Shown: one piece after another, positions 45,527 to 59,324 of the stretch
Layout: each line of letters opens with the position of its first letter
How positions within the stretch are numbered: the stretch's first letter is position 1
Assembly (NCBI GenBank): GCA_964016885.1
Contig: OZ024740.1
Coordinates: 149,606,001 to 149,670,000, forward strand
Direction: 5' to 3'
DNA length: 64,000 bases
Source of the DNA: Eledone cirrhosa
Lineage: Eukaryota
The notes under the pieces: model-generated
Databases searched by the model: none
The model's input: only the letters and a program-made list of their open reading frames with translations
What the model was told of the DNA's origin: nothing
Program-made: the position numbers and the translations under genes

Positions 45527-45870
45527 GTCACCAGTTGGTGCTACTGGTAACATGTATCCCAGTACAACCTGTCTCATGGTCGGGTCGTTGGCGACTAAAT
45601 TGGCAATCCCTCCAAGGTTTCTTGGTGAGGAGGGTGACTTTGGACGTCCTGCAGGACTAAAAACAAAACCTGTCAAAGGGCAAAGGAGCTCTTAAGAATC
45701 AATGGCCATCCAAAATCACCGGGAGGGATGACGCCTTAGCCTTTGTCAAGGCAGAATACTAGGATAAGGAAAACTCTGATATAACACCTGCAACGCTGAT
45801 GGTATCCACTGATGTTGACTTGTTCTTCTTTTTGGTAAATATCATCTTGGTTAAGAGAGTGGGACTGGCT
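44830..45870 (+). mobile_element. Two diverged copies (44830-45300, 45525-45870) of an RTE-5'UTR-like non-coding repeat
   Basis: Collinear copies; the ctaggagaagg..aaactctga..taaaacc motif resembles RTE-clade leaders. Family assignment tentative. Confidence 0.5.
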
Positions 45871-45902
45871 TTGTGCATATATGTATATATGTATATATAT
45901 AC

Positions 45903-46008
<106 letters not shown>

Positions 46009-46127
46009 TTTTTTCTTTATTTCTATTATCTTTTATTGTCTCCTACTCTCATTCTATTTACCTATTCTATAACCTCCCTCCTCCACTTCATACACTAGCC
46101 TTAGAATCTGCTGTATACATACTTAGG

Positions 46128-46712
46128 TAAGTCCTACGCAATCTGTATTTCCATGCGGTTACCAGTTCCTCTTTCTTGTTTAGGAGTTGGTCCTTCGAAA
46201 ACAACATTTGTAATGTTTCCTCCGAGCATAAGTTACACGGACAGCGTCCTCCCGTGTAAGAGTTAGCTTTGGACAGTAAGCTCCAAATGAGATTGTAGGT
46301 TATATTATTATCTTGAAGATCCCAGATGTGGCCCGAAAGGGTAGTGGCATGTCGCCGGACCAGGTTTCGGAAAGTATGTCGGTGTTGGTAGAGCGTGGTC
46401 TTGAAGTTACACGCGGTTAATCCTATATAAGCTTTGTTGGAGGTGTCCATCCTCACGTTGCACTGGTAGATCACGTTACGTTCTCGGCATTTGTTGTTGA
46501 GGGGGCACGTAGATCTATCAAGGCATTTACACCCCCTGGTCGGCTCTCCACTGATGTCTACATTATTTCTTCCATAGGGGTTGAGTTTTTTGTTGTTTGA
46601 GGAGACGATGTTTTGTGCGAAGTTAGGTGTGGTGCTGTAGGAGAATTTGATGGTGTTTTTGTTGATTAATCATATTATAAGGTATCTATTTTTGAAGTTC
46701 TGGTCAACTTTA
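46128..46712 (-). mobile_element. Penelope-like GIY-YIG fragment
   Basis: IKFSYSTTPN, VIYQCNV...YIGLTACNFK...CNLCSEE; same group as 32627..33733. Confidence 0.8.
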
Positions 46713-46938
46713 TTTAGTTACCTACCTAGCTATGTGTGGTTACACACTTGTAAAAATTATCTCCTGTGATTATTCATGTTTATATATATGTTAATCAATT
46801 TCTAGTTATTATAAAATGCTCGGACCTACTCGTTAGAATCTTAGAGCTTATTTTCCGGGTGATATGGCGCATGACATTCTGGCATGACACCCATAATTTT
46901 GATTTAGATTAAATTCATTTAATTTATCTTAATTTTGG

Positions 46939-47022
<84 letters not shown>

Positions 47023-47029
47023 ATATATG

Positions 47030-47064
<35 letters not shown>

Positions 47065-47131
47065 ATATATATATGTATATATGTTTATATATATATATAT
47101 ATAAATATGTATATATATATATATGTATATA

Positions 47132-47238
<107 letters not shown>

Positions 47239-47473
47239 CTAAACGGAATAGAAAATGCTGACAAATTGTTCACAGTTGAAAAATGGTTTAATTAGGAATA
47301 AAAGAGTATTAGTGATTGTATGGGTTAGTATTCAGTTGTGGTTTTAAGTTTTTAAGTTTTTACCGGTTGCGCATTTCTAAATGCTTTTCAAAAATAATTT
47401 TGAGATAGAGTGTCCGTGCTGTTTGTTCTGATCTGTATATATATGTATATATATATATATGTATATATATATG

Positions 47474-47560
<87 letters not shown>

Positions 47561-48209
47561 GTATTAATAAGAGGAATTCCAACTTTGTCTGATTTACTCG
47601 TTTTATTTACAATCCTTTAAAATATATATAATGGTATTATAATGAAATAGTATGATAGAATATTAAATTCTAAGTGTTAATTGAACAAGTACTTTCATGC
47701 TTTCGCAATCTTCAGGTTCATGATATGTGGTGACAGTCGAGTTTGCAATTTTCAACTGTAATGAGATGGGTAAATTTCCTACCTTTTATACATTTTATAC
47801 AGAGAAAAGTGGCTCCAGAATGCAAAGCCCTGTAAACTGTATTTCGACCAATCAGTGTGTAGTTTCACTGAATTACTACAGCTGATTGGTTTAAGCGTCA
47901 CGGCTGGTTGAGCATGCTAACGACCAATAGTCATATCCAACGTATCAATTGTTTTGCTTTTTTGAAATGATGAAAATAGCATTTTCTATTAATCATCACC
48001 ATCAACATCACTTTTATTATTATTATTATTGTTGTTGTTGTTGTTGTTAGTGGTCGTGGTCATAGTGGTAGTAGAAGTAATACCCCTAGGCGTTATTATT
48101 GTTCATTTAGCTTGGGTTTGAATTTATCAATAAAATTCTTTTCTTTGATTTTTCTCTTGATTTCATTTGGGCTGTGTAATTTGTAGAATGGGAATATTAT
48201 AAATATTCC

Positions 48210-50282
48210 CTAACCACATGTTGCCAGGTGGCCGCTTAGGGGTATCTGACGGACATTTGGGTCTCTGATTTGTTGACGGTGTACCCGTGCACGTTCCGAT
48301 AGTGCATTTCCAGTTTGACCGACATATAGTTCTTCACAATTCGGGCATTTAATGCAGTAAATTAGATTTCTGCTTTTGCAGTTCATATTTGCATTTGTGA
48401 ATATTTTTCCAGTTTTTGTTTTCATATATTGACCGGCGTGTATGGATTGACATGTGCCGCATCGATTATCATTGCATTTAGATACAGTGAATGATTGGTC
48501 TTTGTTGTTAAGGTCAAACTTTGCTTTTGTTAGCAATTGCTTCAAATTTTTTGGCTGTCTTTTACTAAGAGTCAAAGATCGATCTGTGATTAAGCCTTTT
48601 AATTCATTACTTTGAGCAATGATCGGTAGGTTTGCTTTGGCAGTGTTGAAGATATTCTGGTGACATGGGTTGTGTGTCATTATAAATGGTATGACCAGTT
48701 CTTGGTTTCTTCTTCTTTGGGTTGTTCTAAGTTGTTGTATAGGTATTTTTATAGCCCGCTGTATGCCATTTTCTATAAGTAAAGATGGGTATTTTTGTTT
48801 GAGCAAAAATTCTCTTAGTTCTGTTAGGCGTTTGTACCTGGTATTCGTATCTTCTACAATGGTACAAATTCTTCTGGCTAGGCAGTATGGGATGTTGCGT
48901 TTTGTATGAGGTGGATGGCACGACTTAAAATTCAGATATTGATGGGTGTCTGTGTGTTTATAATATATATCCGTGGTAATGGTGGTGTCGTTTTTGATTA
49001 TCATTATATCTAGGAATGGTAATTTGGTCCTACTCATCTCTTTTGTGAATTGGAGAGATGGGTGTAGGTTATTCAGGAGGATATTGAACTCATCCAGAGT
49101 ATCTAAAGATTCTGTCCAGATGATGAAACAGTCGTCAAGGTATCTCTTCCAAGATTTTTCAATGTACTTTCTAAAGTCAGTACTATATTTTTCCTCTATT
49201 TCTTGGTAGAGTTGTTGTTCTAAGTATCCCATTACAGAGTTCGCGTAAACGGGAGCAAACTTCGTTCCCATCGCTGTGCCTCTAATTTGGATGTAATTCT
49301 TTCCATTGAAGAAGAAAGTGTTGTTTTCCAGAATAAGTTTAACTGCGTCTAATATAAATGGCGCTGTGAATCTAATGGGAATCACTTCTCTATGTTTTTC
49401 CACCCAGTATTTAACCGCCTTTATTCCTAAATCATGTGTAATGTTGGTGTAAAGGCTTACCACATCAAAACTGAGTAGAAGTGAATTCGTTTCCGTGGTT
49501 TTGGGAAGATGGGACAGGAAGTCGATATCATCCCGGATGAAACTGGGTATGTGAATACATAGTGGTTTCAAAATAATGTCAACAAAATTGCTTAGACGGT
49601 GAGTGGGGCATGTTGGACCAGCTATAATAGGTCTAAGTTTTAAGTCTTTTGGGTGTAATAATTTAATGTACTCACTGTTTTGTTCTCTTACTGCCAGTTG
49701 TATTTCTTTTGACTTGTGAACTTTCGGTAGGCCATACAGGTTGCTGGGTTTCGGCTCAAAATTGGTGATGTAGTCTCTTTCCTTATCAGTAAATGAGTTG
49801 TGGTATTTTGAAGCCAGGTTGTTGATCTTCTTCATGATGTTGTGGTCTATATTTGACGGTATTTCATGATAGAATGTTGTGTCTTTCAGTTGTTCCTCAA
49901 CCAAATCCTTGTAGTATTCAGTATCCATTATAACAACTGCACCCCCTTTATCTGCTTGTTTAATTATTATTGTTTTATCATTTTGTATACGTTTAAGTGC
50001 AGACATTTCTGATTTGTTAATGTTTGGCCTAACATTAGTATTATGTCTAAGAGGAAATTTAGACAGGATGTCAATGTATTGGTCGAGATAGATATTTCTT
50101 CCTTTTGGCGGAGTGAAATTTGATTTATTCTTTACTAGTGATTCATCACTCTCATTATTTTTATCAGCGAAGAATTCTACAAGACGTAATTTTCGACAGA
50201 ATTCTTGGGTATCCTCCTTCAGTTCTTGGTGGTTGACTGTTGGAGTCGGTGTGAATTTCAGTCCTTTTGACAGAATTTGCAT
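48210..50282 (-). CDS. Penelope-type RT + Cys-rich linker + GIY-YIG endonuclease (late CAG>TAG stop)
   Basis: LSKGLKF, KQADKGGAVV, YGLPKVHK, SFDVVSLYTNI, GTAMGTKFAP, RYLDD, CNDNRCGTC, NLIYCIKC..C...YVGQT. The inverted copy at 51421 retains CAG and the full C-terminus. Confidence 0.92.
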   Translation of the reverse strand: MQILSKGLKFTPTPTVNHQELKEDTQEFCRKLRLVEFFADKNNESDESLVKNKSNFTPPKGRNIYLDQYIDILSKFPLRHNTNVRPNINKSEMSALKRIQNDKTIIIKQADKGGAVVIMDTEYYKDLVEEQLKDTTFYHEIPSNIDHNIMKKINNLASKYHNSFTDKERDYITNFEPKPSNLYGLPKVHKSKEIQLAVREQNSEYIKLLHPKDLKLRPIIAGPTCPTHRLSNFVDIILKPLCIHIPSFIRDDIDFLSHLPKTTETNSLLLSFDVVSLYTNITHDLGIKAVKYWVEKHREVIPIRFTAPFILDAVKLILENNTFFFNGKNYIQIRGTAMGTKFAPVYANSVMGYLEQQLYQEIEEKYSTDFRKYIEKSWKRYLDDCFIIWTESLDTLDEFNILLNNLHPSLQFTKEMSRTKLPFLDIMIIKNDTTITTDIYYKHTDTHQYLNFKSCHPPHTKRNIPYCLARRICTIVEDTNTRYKRLTELREFLLKQKYPSLLIENGIQRAIKIPIQQLRTTQRRRNQELVIPFIMTHNPCHQNIFNTAKANLPIIAQSNELKGLITDRSLTLSKRQPKNLKQLLTKAKFDLNNKDQSFTVSKCNDNRCGTCQSIHAGQYMKTKTGKIFTNANMNCKSRNLIYCIKCPNCEELYVGQTGNALSERARVHRQQIRDPNVRQIPLSGHLATCG

Positions 50283-50329
50283 TTCATCATTGTCAAGATC
50301 TCTTTTAGATAAATTAATTATTTTAGGAT

Positions 50330-51345
50330 CTACGTGTACAGCTGTTTTGGGTATGTTTCCTCCTGGAGTTTTTCTTTTTCCGGTTTTTGTTGTCCTGACG
50401 TTAAAAAATGAATTTTTCTCTGTTCAGGATTTATATTCCTGTTGGTGTTCGCTTGATGAACTTTTGGTCGTGATATTATATTTGGTTTCGTTATGTATTT
50501 TGTCCTATTTTTGGTATTCTGTATATTATTTTTCTTCCTGTTAGCATTATTTTTAACAATCTGGGAAAATGACCTAGGTTTGCTTTCAGGTTTAGATCGT
50601 TTTTTCGTCCAGTTTCTTGTGGGCAATCTCTGTTGAGATCTTGAGAGTGATCTGGTTATTCTACGTTTTGTTTCCACATTCCTTGTTGGTAGTCTCTGTT
50701 GAGATCTTGAGAATGATCTCCTGGTTTTACTACTTCTCATGGTCTGGTCAAAGGAATACCTATCGTGTTTGTGCTTTTTGTTCATGTTGTGTGCGATAGG
50801 GTGTTTTTGTAGAAAAAGCGAAGAGTTATTACCGTAGTTCTTCTTTGATTCAAGGTAAGGTGAGTGTTTGTGTTGGCACGTGTTCTGGCGTATGTTGTGT
50901 TGATGAGATTGTCCACTTTTAATGCTTTTTCTCAGGGTTCCAGAGTCTTTACCGTAATTTGCAGCATATTCATCGAGAAATAATTGTTTCTGCTGCCATA
51001 CCTTTCTTGATTTGTTTTCTTCTTTTGAGATATCTCCGATCCATAGTTCTCGTAGTTTTTCAGCTATAATACCAGCAGTTAGCTTTGAAATTTCAACTTC
51101 AATTTGGTCATCAATAGCTTCATATTTGGCTTTGTAGCGGGATTGTTTACATTCAGAAATGGAGATGTCGGTCCTGAATTTTGTCAATGTAAGTTCCCAT
51201 CGGAGTTTTGTTTCTTCTTCTGGTTCTCCTGCAATTTCTGTAATTAGGTATTTACGAGGGAGTATGGGTGCCGTTAGAGAGAGCCATTTCGAATGTGTTT
51301 CGACATATTTTTCGCATCTGTATGCTTTCCAGAATTTTGTTTTCT
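50330..51345 (-). CDS. Upstream ORF of the Penelope-like element (helical N-part, basic RS-rich C-part), 5'-truncated
   Basis: The frame stays open from the inverted-repeat junction to 50330, contains a duplicated SRSQQRLPTRN, and overlaps the RT frame. Confidence 0.7.
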
Positions 51346-51913
51346 TATGTACACCGTCAACAAATCAGAGACCCAAATGTCCGTCAGATACCCCTAAGCG
51401 GCCACCTGGCAACATGTGGTCAGGGAATATTTATAATATTCCCATTCTACAAATTACACAGCCCAAATGAAATCAAGAGAAAAATCAAAGAAAAGAATTT
51501 TATTGATAAATTCAAACCCAAGCTAAATGAACAATAATAACGCCTAGGGGTATTACTTCTACTACCACTATGACCACGACCACTAACAACAACAACAACA
51601 ACAATAATAATAATAATAAAAGTGATGTTGATGGTGATGATTAATAGAAAATGCTATTTTCATCATTTCAAAAAAGCAAAACAATTGATACGTTGGATAT
51701 GACTATTGGTCGTTAGCATGCTCAACCAGCCGTGACGCTTAAACCAATCAGCTGTAGTAATTCAGTGAAACTACACACTGATTGGTCGAAATACAGTTTA
51801 CAGGGCTTTGCATTCTGGAGCCACTTTTCTCTGTATAAAATGTATAAAAGGTAGGAAATTTACCCATCTCATTACAGTTGAAAATTGCAAACTCGACTGT
51901 CACCACATATCAT

Positions 51914-51950
51914 GAACCTGAAGATTGCGAAAGCATGAAAGTACTTGTTC
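51914..51950 (+). ncRNA. Minimal type I hammerhead ribozyme
   Basis: gaac-CTGAAGA-ttgc gaaa gcat-GAAA-gtac-TT-gttc. Confidence 0.82.
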
Positions 51951-52123
51951 AATTAACACTTAGAATTTAATATTCTATCATACTATTTCATTATAATACC
52001 ATTATATATATTTTAAAGGATTGTAAATAAAACGAGTAAATCAGACAAAGTTGGAATTCCTCTTATTAATATAATCTTCTATACACAATCATACACACCC
52101 GTGTATATTTACCTATCTATATC

Positions 52124-52155
<32 letters not shown>

Positions 52156-52231
52156 TACATACATATATGTATATATATATATGTATATATATATATGTAT
52201 ATATATAAATGTATATATATATGTGTATATA

Positions 52232-52392
<161 letters not shown>

Positions 52393-52418
52393 GTATATAT
52401 ATATGTATATATATATGC

Positions 52419-52455
<37 letters not shown>

Positions 52456-53156
52456 CAAGTGGAATATATATAAAATCGAAGCTTTGGCTGAGGCCAAGCA
52501 AAACGACCTACAATTAGGAATGAGCAGCGAAGCACTCAATAAGGTCGGGCCTCAGAGTAATAACATACAGCTTGACAAATTGAAAATTGCGGCAGGTAAC
52601 TCTAGCCATACAATAACAAAACAACGAAGAAAATAATCAGGTTAGGCAACAGACCTGGAAAAATCGAACGATATGCTGCAATACGTCCGATATGTTTCTA
52701 TCAAATCCGAAATCATCAATCCAACTTACGTAATATGCAAGCTTGTGGTATTCTATGATCGAGCGGAGAATTCACGTCATCGACAGGTATTTCGTTCTAT
52801 GCCTCAAGCCAGTGTGGACTGCAACGCCGAATTGCTACAATAGGCAGCATTCAGTGTTTCGTTGTCACGTGTTAATCTACCATTTGACTACCATTTGCTT
52901 CCATCATGGATCAACTTCTCTAAGCGCTCCCGCTATAATAACACTTTTTGAACTGCTTATCCTCAAGAACTATGCCTGTAAATAATATTATTCTTTCGTT
53001 CCCATTACCTTATCATGTTCCACATCACCCCTTTTTTTTACTTCAAGACCCTTTTTTGTAAATAATATTATTCTTTCTTTCCTATTTCAACATCACATTA
53101 TCTTCTCTCCAACATTTTATACCAATACAAATTCCCCCCTTTTTTTCTCCCCCTCA

Positions 53157-53194
53157 TAATTTGATAATGCATAAAATGCTGAAACCGGTAATTA
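53157..53194 (+). ncRNA. Hammerhead variant (U3/A8 core)
   Basis: taat-TTGATAA-tgca taaaa tgct-GAAA-ccgg-TA-atta. Confidence 0.72.
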
Positions 53195-53477
53195 ACAATT
53201 GTTAAATAACTTAATTAACTAATACCTTAACACTTCACACAAAGTTAAAATATTTTGTTTTAAACAATACTAACCCAGAAAAAAGAGAAAAAAATAAGGG
53301 AAAAAAATATTTTCTTCCTAATAATCGTTTTTTTCTCCCTATTTACATATATATATATTCCAACTCGTGTGCTCCGTCTCCACATTTTGTAATTATTATA
53401 TGTATTATATATGTATATATATGTATATTATATATGTATATATATATATATATATAGAGAGAGAGATATAGATATAG

Positions 53478-53559
<82 letters not shown>

Positions 53560-54090
53560 ATATATGTATATATATGTATATATATATATGTATATATATA
53601 TGTATATGTATATATATATGTATATATATATGTATATATATATATGTATATATATGTATATAGATATATATGTATATATATGTATATATATGTATATATA
53701 TATATTTGTATATATATATATGTATATATATATATATGTATATATGTATATATATGTATATATATATGTATTTAATATGTATATATATATGTACGTATAT
53801 CTGTATATGTATATATATATATGTATATTATATGTATATATATATGTATATATATATATATGTATATATATGTTTATTATATATATGTATATATATATAT
53901 AATATATGTATATATATATGTGTATGTATATAAATATATATATATATGTATGTATATAAATATATATATATATATATGTATGTATATAAATATATATATA
54001 TGTATGTATATATATATATGTATGTATATAAATATATATGTATGTATATAAATATATATATATGTATGTATATAAATATATATATATGTA

Positions 54091-56287
54091 TATTAATGAG
54101 AAATAACAAAGGAACTATTATGACATTATAACAAGTTTATTGCCGACAGCCGTTTCGTCCGACCATATGGTGGGGACTTTTCAAGGCATATAACAGTGAT
54201 TGCAAGTTCATTATTTACATCAACGTTTCACTCAAGATTAGCAATTTGAAATTGTGGTATACATCAGCAGCTCCGCTCGTATATTTGGTGTCTATATTCT
54301 AAGGGGGCTCTTTTATATTAGTTGTCGGAGTTGTAAAAGGGATGGGTTATGGGGAGTTAAGAGAATTTGAAATGACATGCGAACTTGAAAATACCACAAG
54401 AGAGACCCTTTGGATAGCGTAGACGCCGGACTATACCCGCAAATATATACCCTGATCTGTCTTGAATATGCATGGCTGACGGAATATGGATAAACACGAC
54501 CACCATCTAGCTGGAACCGACCCCTACAACAAACAAAGAGGGGACAGCTCTTCGCATTTGACAGTCGCGTGTGTGCTTGGGAGTTCGTGAGAGGAGGAGA
54601 TATTATCGAGAGACGCAATATACCATCCCAGTCAAATCTACACTGATTTTTTACCAATATAGCATGTAAACCAATACATCCTATGCAGCGAGACCTTGGA
54701 TTTAGAACCGGCAGGCTGATCTATCGCAAACGCGTGCAACCCCCGAAACTAAAAGATCGAACGGACCAAACCCAGCAACCACTAGCTATTTGATCCACAG
54801 GTACATTTCCAAGAGAGTCCACACAGCTGATAGTGAATCCCAGTTGATTCGTGAACTCTGAACTTTAAAAAAAAAGACCAACTGTGCCTGGAGCTATGCA
54901 GATGACTACATGCGCACAATGGATATCGCACCCACAAGGTCACCTGTATTGTTCATTTTGCTGTATGTGTGTAAAGTATCCGTGCGTGGGATATCCCTGA
55001 GTACATTTTCTTGACTATCAATTGTTTATTGATTGTTTGTTAATTAGGCAGAATATACCATTATGTCTTTGTTAATCCTATGTGTTGCTGTATGTGTGTA
55101 AAGTATCCGAGCGCGGGATATCCCTGAGCTAATTTTGCTTGACTGTTAATTGTTTATTGATTATTTGTTAATTAGGCAGGAATATATTATTATATCTTGG
55201 TAATCCTGTATTAAGAATTTTTATAATAATTTTTTGATAGTACATTATTAGATTACCTTATACCTTCTTAAAAATACATCTTATAATTATTGTCTTTTTG
55301 CTTATGTATTTTCTTACTTATCATTTTCTTTAATCTTGCCCAACTTGATAAGCTCTTTGAATTGCTCCCTAATTAAATTACTTAAATTACTTAAATTATT
55401 TATCTATTATACCTAAGTTGTATCTGTTGAAGCAGCCCTTTGAAAATTTCCCGGATATCCCAAATCCCGTAATTTTTAACTTTAATTTATAGTTTTGCTC
55501 AATTCGTTTATATATATCCTTAAAGGCACTCTAAAATTTTAATTCTTCGAGGGGTCTCTCGGGAGAGGTTCTTATTAAAAATATTAAAGGGGCCTTTTCT
55601 GAGGATTTTTTGAAGGCTTTTTGAATTAACCTTTAATTGATTAGTTTCTTTCAACTTAGTAGGGATTATCAAAACTCGTAAATTTTCGGAAAAGGTTTTT
55701 AACGTGATCTATGGGGAAGAAAATTTGTTTCTTTCGAAAAAAAAATTTTCTCCGAAGGAATTTTTTAGGAAACTTTATATTTTTTTTATTTTTTTTTTTT
55801 TATTATTTTTTTTTTTTTTTTTATTATTTTTTTTTTTTTAGTCTCAATCTATTCTGGTGTTATTAGGTTTATTGGGGCTTATAAGCTTTATGCACTTATT
55901 GAGAGATTTTTTAAAATGCTTCTACGAGATCCCAAGTCTTTTACTTTTAATGCGTAAATTATAAATTATCTAATTTTTAACCTTCAATCCCTGACTCTTA
56001 GGCCATTTTCAAATTCTCTTAACTCCCCATAACCCATCCCTTTTACAACTCCGACAACTAATATAAAAGAGCCCCCTTAGAATATAGACCCCAAATATAC
56101 AAGCGGAGCTGCTGATGTATACCACAATTTCAAACTGCTAATCTTGAGTGAAACGTTGATGTAAATAATGAACTTGCAATCACATGTTATATGCCTTGAA
56201 AAGTCCCACCATATGGTCGGACGGAAACGGCTGTCGGCATAAACTTGTTATAATGTCATAATAGTTCCTTTGTTTTTCTCATTAATA
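54091..56287. mobile_element. Element with ~280-bp inverted termini, each with a hammerhead variant; no intact ORF
   Basis: 54091-54372 is the reverse complement of 56004-56287. tgcc-TTGAAAA-gtcc...ggac-GAAA-cggctg-TC-ggca at 54141-54188 (-) and 56192-56239 (+, one extra G). Confidence 0.8.
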
Positions 56288-56529
56288 TTTCTGCTCTGCT
56301 TATACGCATAGAGCTTAACTAGCTACCGTCGCATATTTGGTAGGTCAGGCGTGATCATCGCGATTCACATACGACCTACCATACATCTTGCTTATATACG
56401 TATATAAATATATATATGTATGTATATAAATATATATATGTATGTATATAAATATATATATATATATATGTATGTATATAATATATATATATATATGTAT
56501 GTATATAAATATATATATATGTTTGTATA

Positions 56530-56594
<65 letters not shown>

Positions 56595-56877
56595 ATATAT
56601 ATGGATATAAATATATATATATATATGTCTATAAATATATATATATATATCAACGATACATTAACGGAGCCACAGACTCTCGCTGTTCCCTATAAATAAT
56701 GTGCTCAAAGAGAGGACATCCTGGCACTTTAAAATACAATATGTTTGATGGCTCACTGTATCTCTCTCTAGTGTGTTACATTTTCAACATATTGTATATA
56801 TGTAGATAAATATATATATATATATATGTATATAAATATATATATGTATATAAATATATATATATATGTATATAAAT

Positions 56878-56916
<39 letters not shown>

Positions 56917-57000
56917 CGTTATTCCGGGTTGAATCGGAGGTAACCACAGTAAGTAAGGTACTCAATACATAGCAGAGTATAACAGTTTTAATATAGTAAG

Positions 57001-57053
57001 AGATTCTACAGGACTAGAGCTGTTTTCATTCATTAGAAATCATCAGGAAATCT
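57001..57053 (-). ncRNA. Hammerhead motif
   Basis: agatttc-CTGATGA-tttc taat gaat-GAAA-acag ctctagtc ctg-TA-gaatct. Confidence 0.62.
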
Positions 57054-57332
57054 GGGTATCAAAAAATAAATATTTATAGGTCTCTACAAGTGGTAGGAGA
57101 GGGTGGCAAATTCAAAAGAATCAATCACGTAGGCAATAGAATCGACCAAGTAGGCAGTGATTTTTTCAATGTATATAGATATATATATGTATATAAATAT
57201 TTATATATATACATGTATATAAATATATATATATGTATATAAATATATATATTGTATATAAATATATATATGTATATAAATATATATATATATATATATA
57301 TGTATATAAATATATATATAATATATAATTAT

Positions 57333-57420
<88 letters not shown>

Positions 57421-57475
57421 AATATATATATATATATGTATATAAATATATATATATATATATGTATATAAATAT

Positions 57476-57559
<84 letters not shown>

Positions 57560-57709
57560 GATATATATATGTATATAAATATTTATATATATACATGTAT
57601 ATAAATATATATATATGTATATAAATATATATATGTATATAAATATATATATGTATATAAATATATATATATATATATGTATATAAATATATATATATAT
57701 ATATGTATT

Positions 57710-57759
<50 letters not shown>

Positions 57760-57780
57760 TATATATATATATATAATATA

Positions 57781-57843
<63 letters not shown>

Positions 57844-58308
57844 AATATATATATATATATATATATGTGTGTATATAAATATATATATATATATATATAT
57901 GAAAAACCTAAAATAAGAAAATTATAAAAATTAACTTACTTACTAAAATTTCACTCCGACTAATTAGTTCTGAAAGGTAATAAACATGGTTTCCAATTGA
58001 AAACATGGAGAGCCCATTTCGGTCATCAGAAAGTCGTTCTCAGCTAAGATACCTGGCAATGAGTGGACACAGGGAACTTATATAAAAATAATTCAGTGAA
58101 TGGAAAAAAGCAAGCGTGGACTAAATTCCAAGACATTGAAAAAATCACTGTCTACTTGGTCGGTGGCAAATTCAAAAGAATCAATCACGTAGGCAATAGA
58201 ATCGACCAAGTAGGCAGTGATTTTTTCAATGTCTAGGAATTAGTCCACGCTTGATATATATATATATATTTATATATATATATACACACACATATGTATA
58301 TATATATG

Positions 58309-58402
<94 letters not shown>

Positions 58403-58434
58403 TATATATATATATATATGTGTGTGTGTATATA

Positions 58435-58473
<39 letters not shown>

Positions 58474-58478
58474 ATATA

Positions 58479-58513
<35 letters not shown>

Positions 58514-59134
58514 GTATTAGAAAGTGAGGTTTTTTTTACAAAATGAAAAATAACCGAGGTGTCCTACACGAGTGAAAGTATAAAGAAAAAGAGATGAAAT
58601 CGAAAATGCAACTGGAGTCTTATTTTTTTTTAAATATATATATTTATTTGGTTCCTTTACCGGTTTCGCAGTTCTTATGCTTTTCAAAGGGTGAGTTGAG
58701 ATGGAGGGTCTGTGGGTTTTCTCACATTTGGTTGGTCTCTGAATGTTACTTGTTTTTATATGGAAAAAGTGCTCGAAATGCCAGGTTTTTCGAGAAATAA
58801 TTTGATTGGTTTGTCAATAATTATAATAAATTCGCGCAGTTCGCGTTACAATAGTTCTTCAAATAAGAGGGGGGTTGTCACAGGTTGTTTTTTCATATAT
58901 GAGTGTTTGAATTTCTTTTTACTTGAAAAAAGGGGCTCACGAAGGCTTTTTGGGGGTTGGTTATAAATGAAATTATGGCTGTCCACGTGAGCAAGTTTTC
59001 ATAAAATTTTCGTGCCCTTTATTTGGAAATCCATTCTGTAGCCCTTTTAGAGAATTTTATGATAAGTGAAAGATAATGGTCAAGAGAAAGGGATGGGAGA
59101 ATTGTTCTGGTTCAGTGAATATGGTTAGTTCGCT

Positions 59135-59224
<90 letters not shown>

Positions 59225-59245
59225 TATGTATAATATATATATATG

Positions 59246-59323
<78 letters not shown>

Positions 59324-59324
<1 letters not shown>

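Larger units (their letters stand above)
47563..52112 (-). mobile_element. Penelope-like element (Neptune-like) with ~720-bp inverted pseudo-LTRs
   Basis: 47563-48285 is the reverse complement of about 51350-52070; hammerheads at 47683-47719 (-) and 51914-51950 (+); flanked by (TA)n. Confidence 0.93.

Noticed and set aside
57975-58035. Hammerhead-like CTGATGA...GAAA on the minus strand
   Set aside because: Stems I and III do not pair convincingly; at best a decayed copy.
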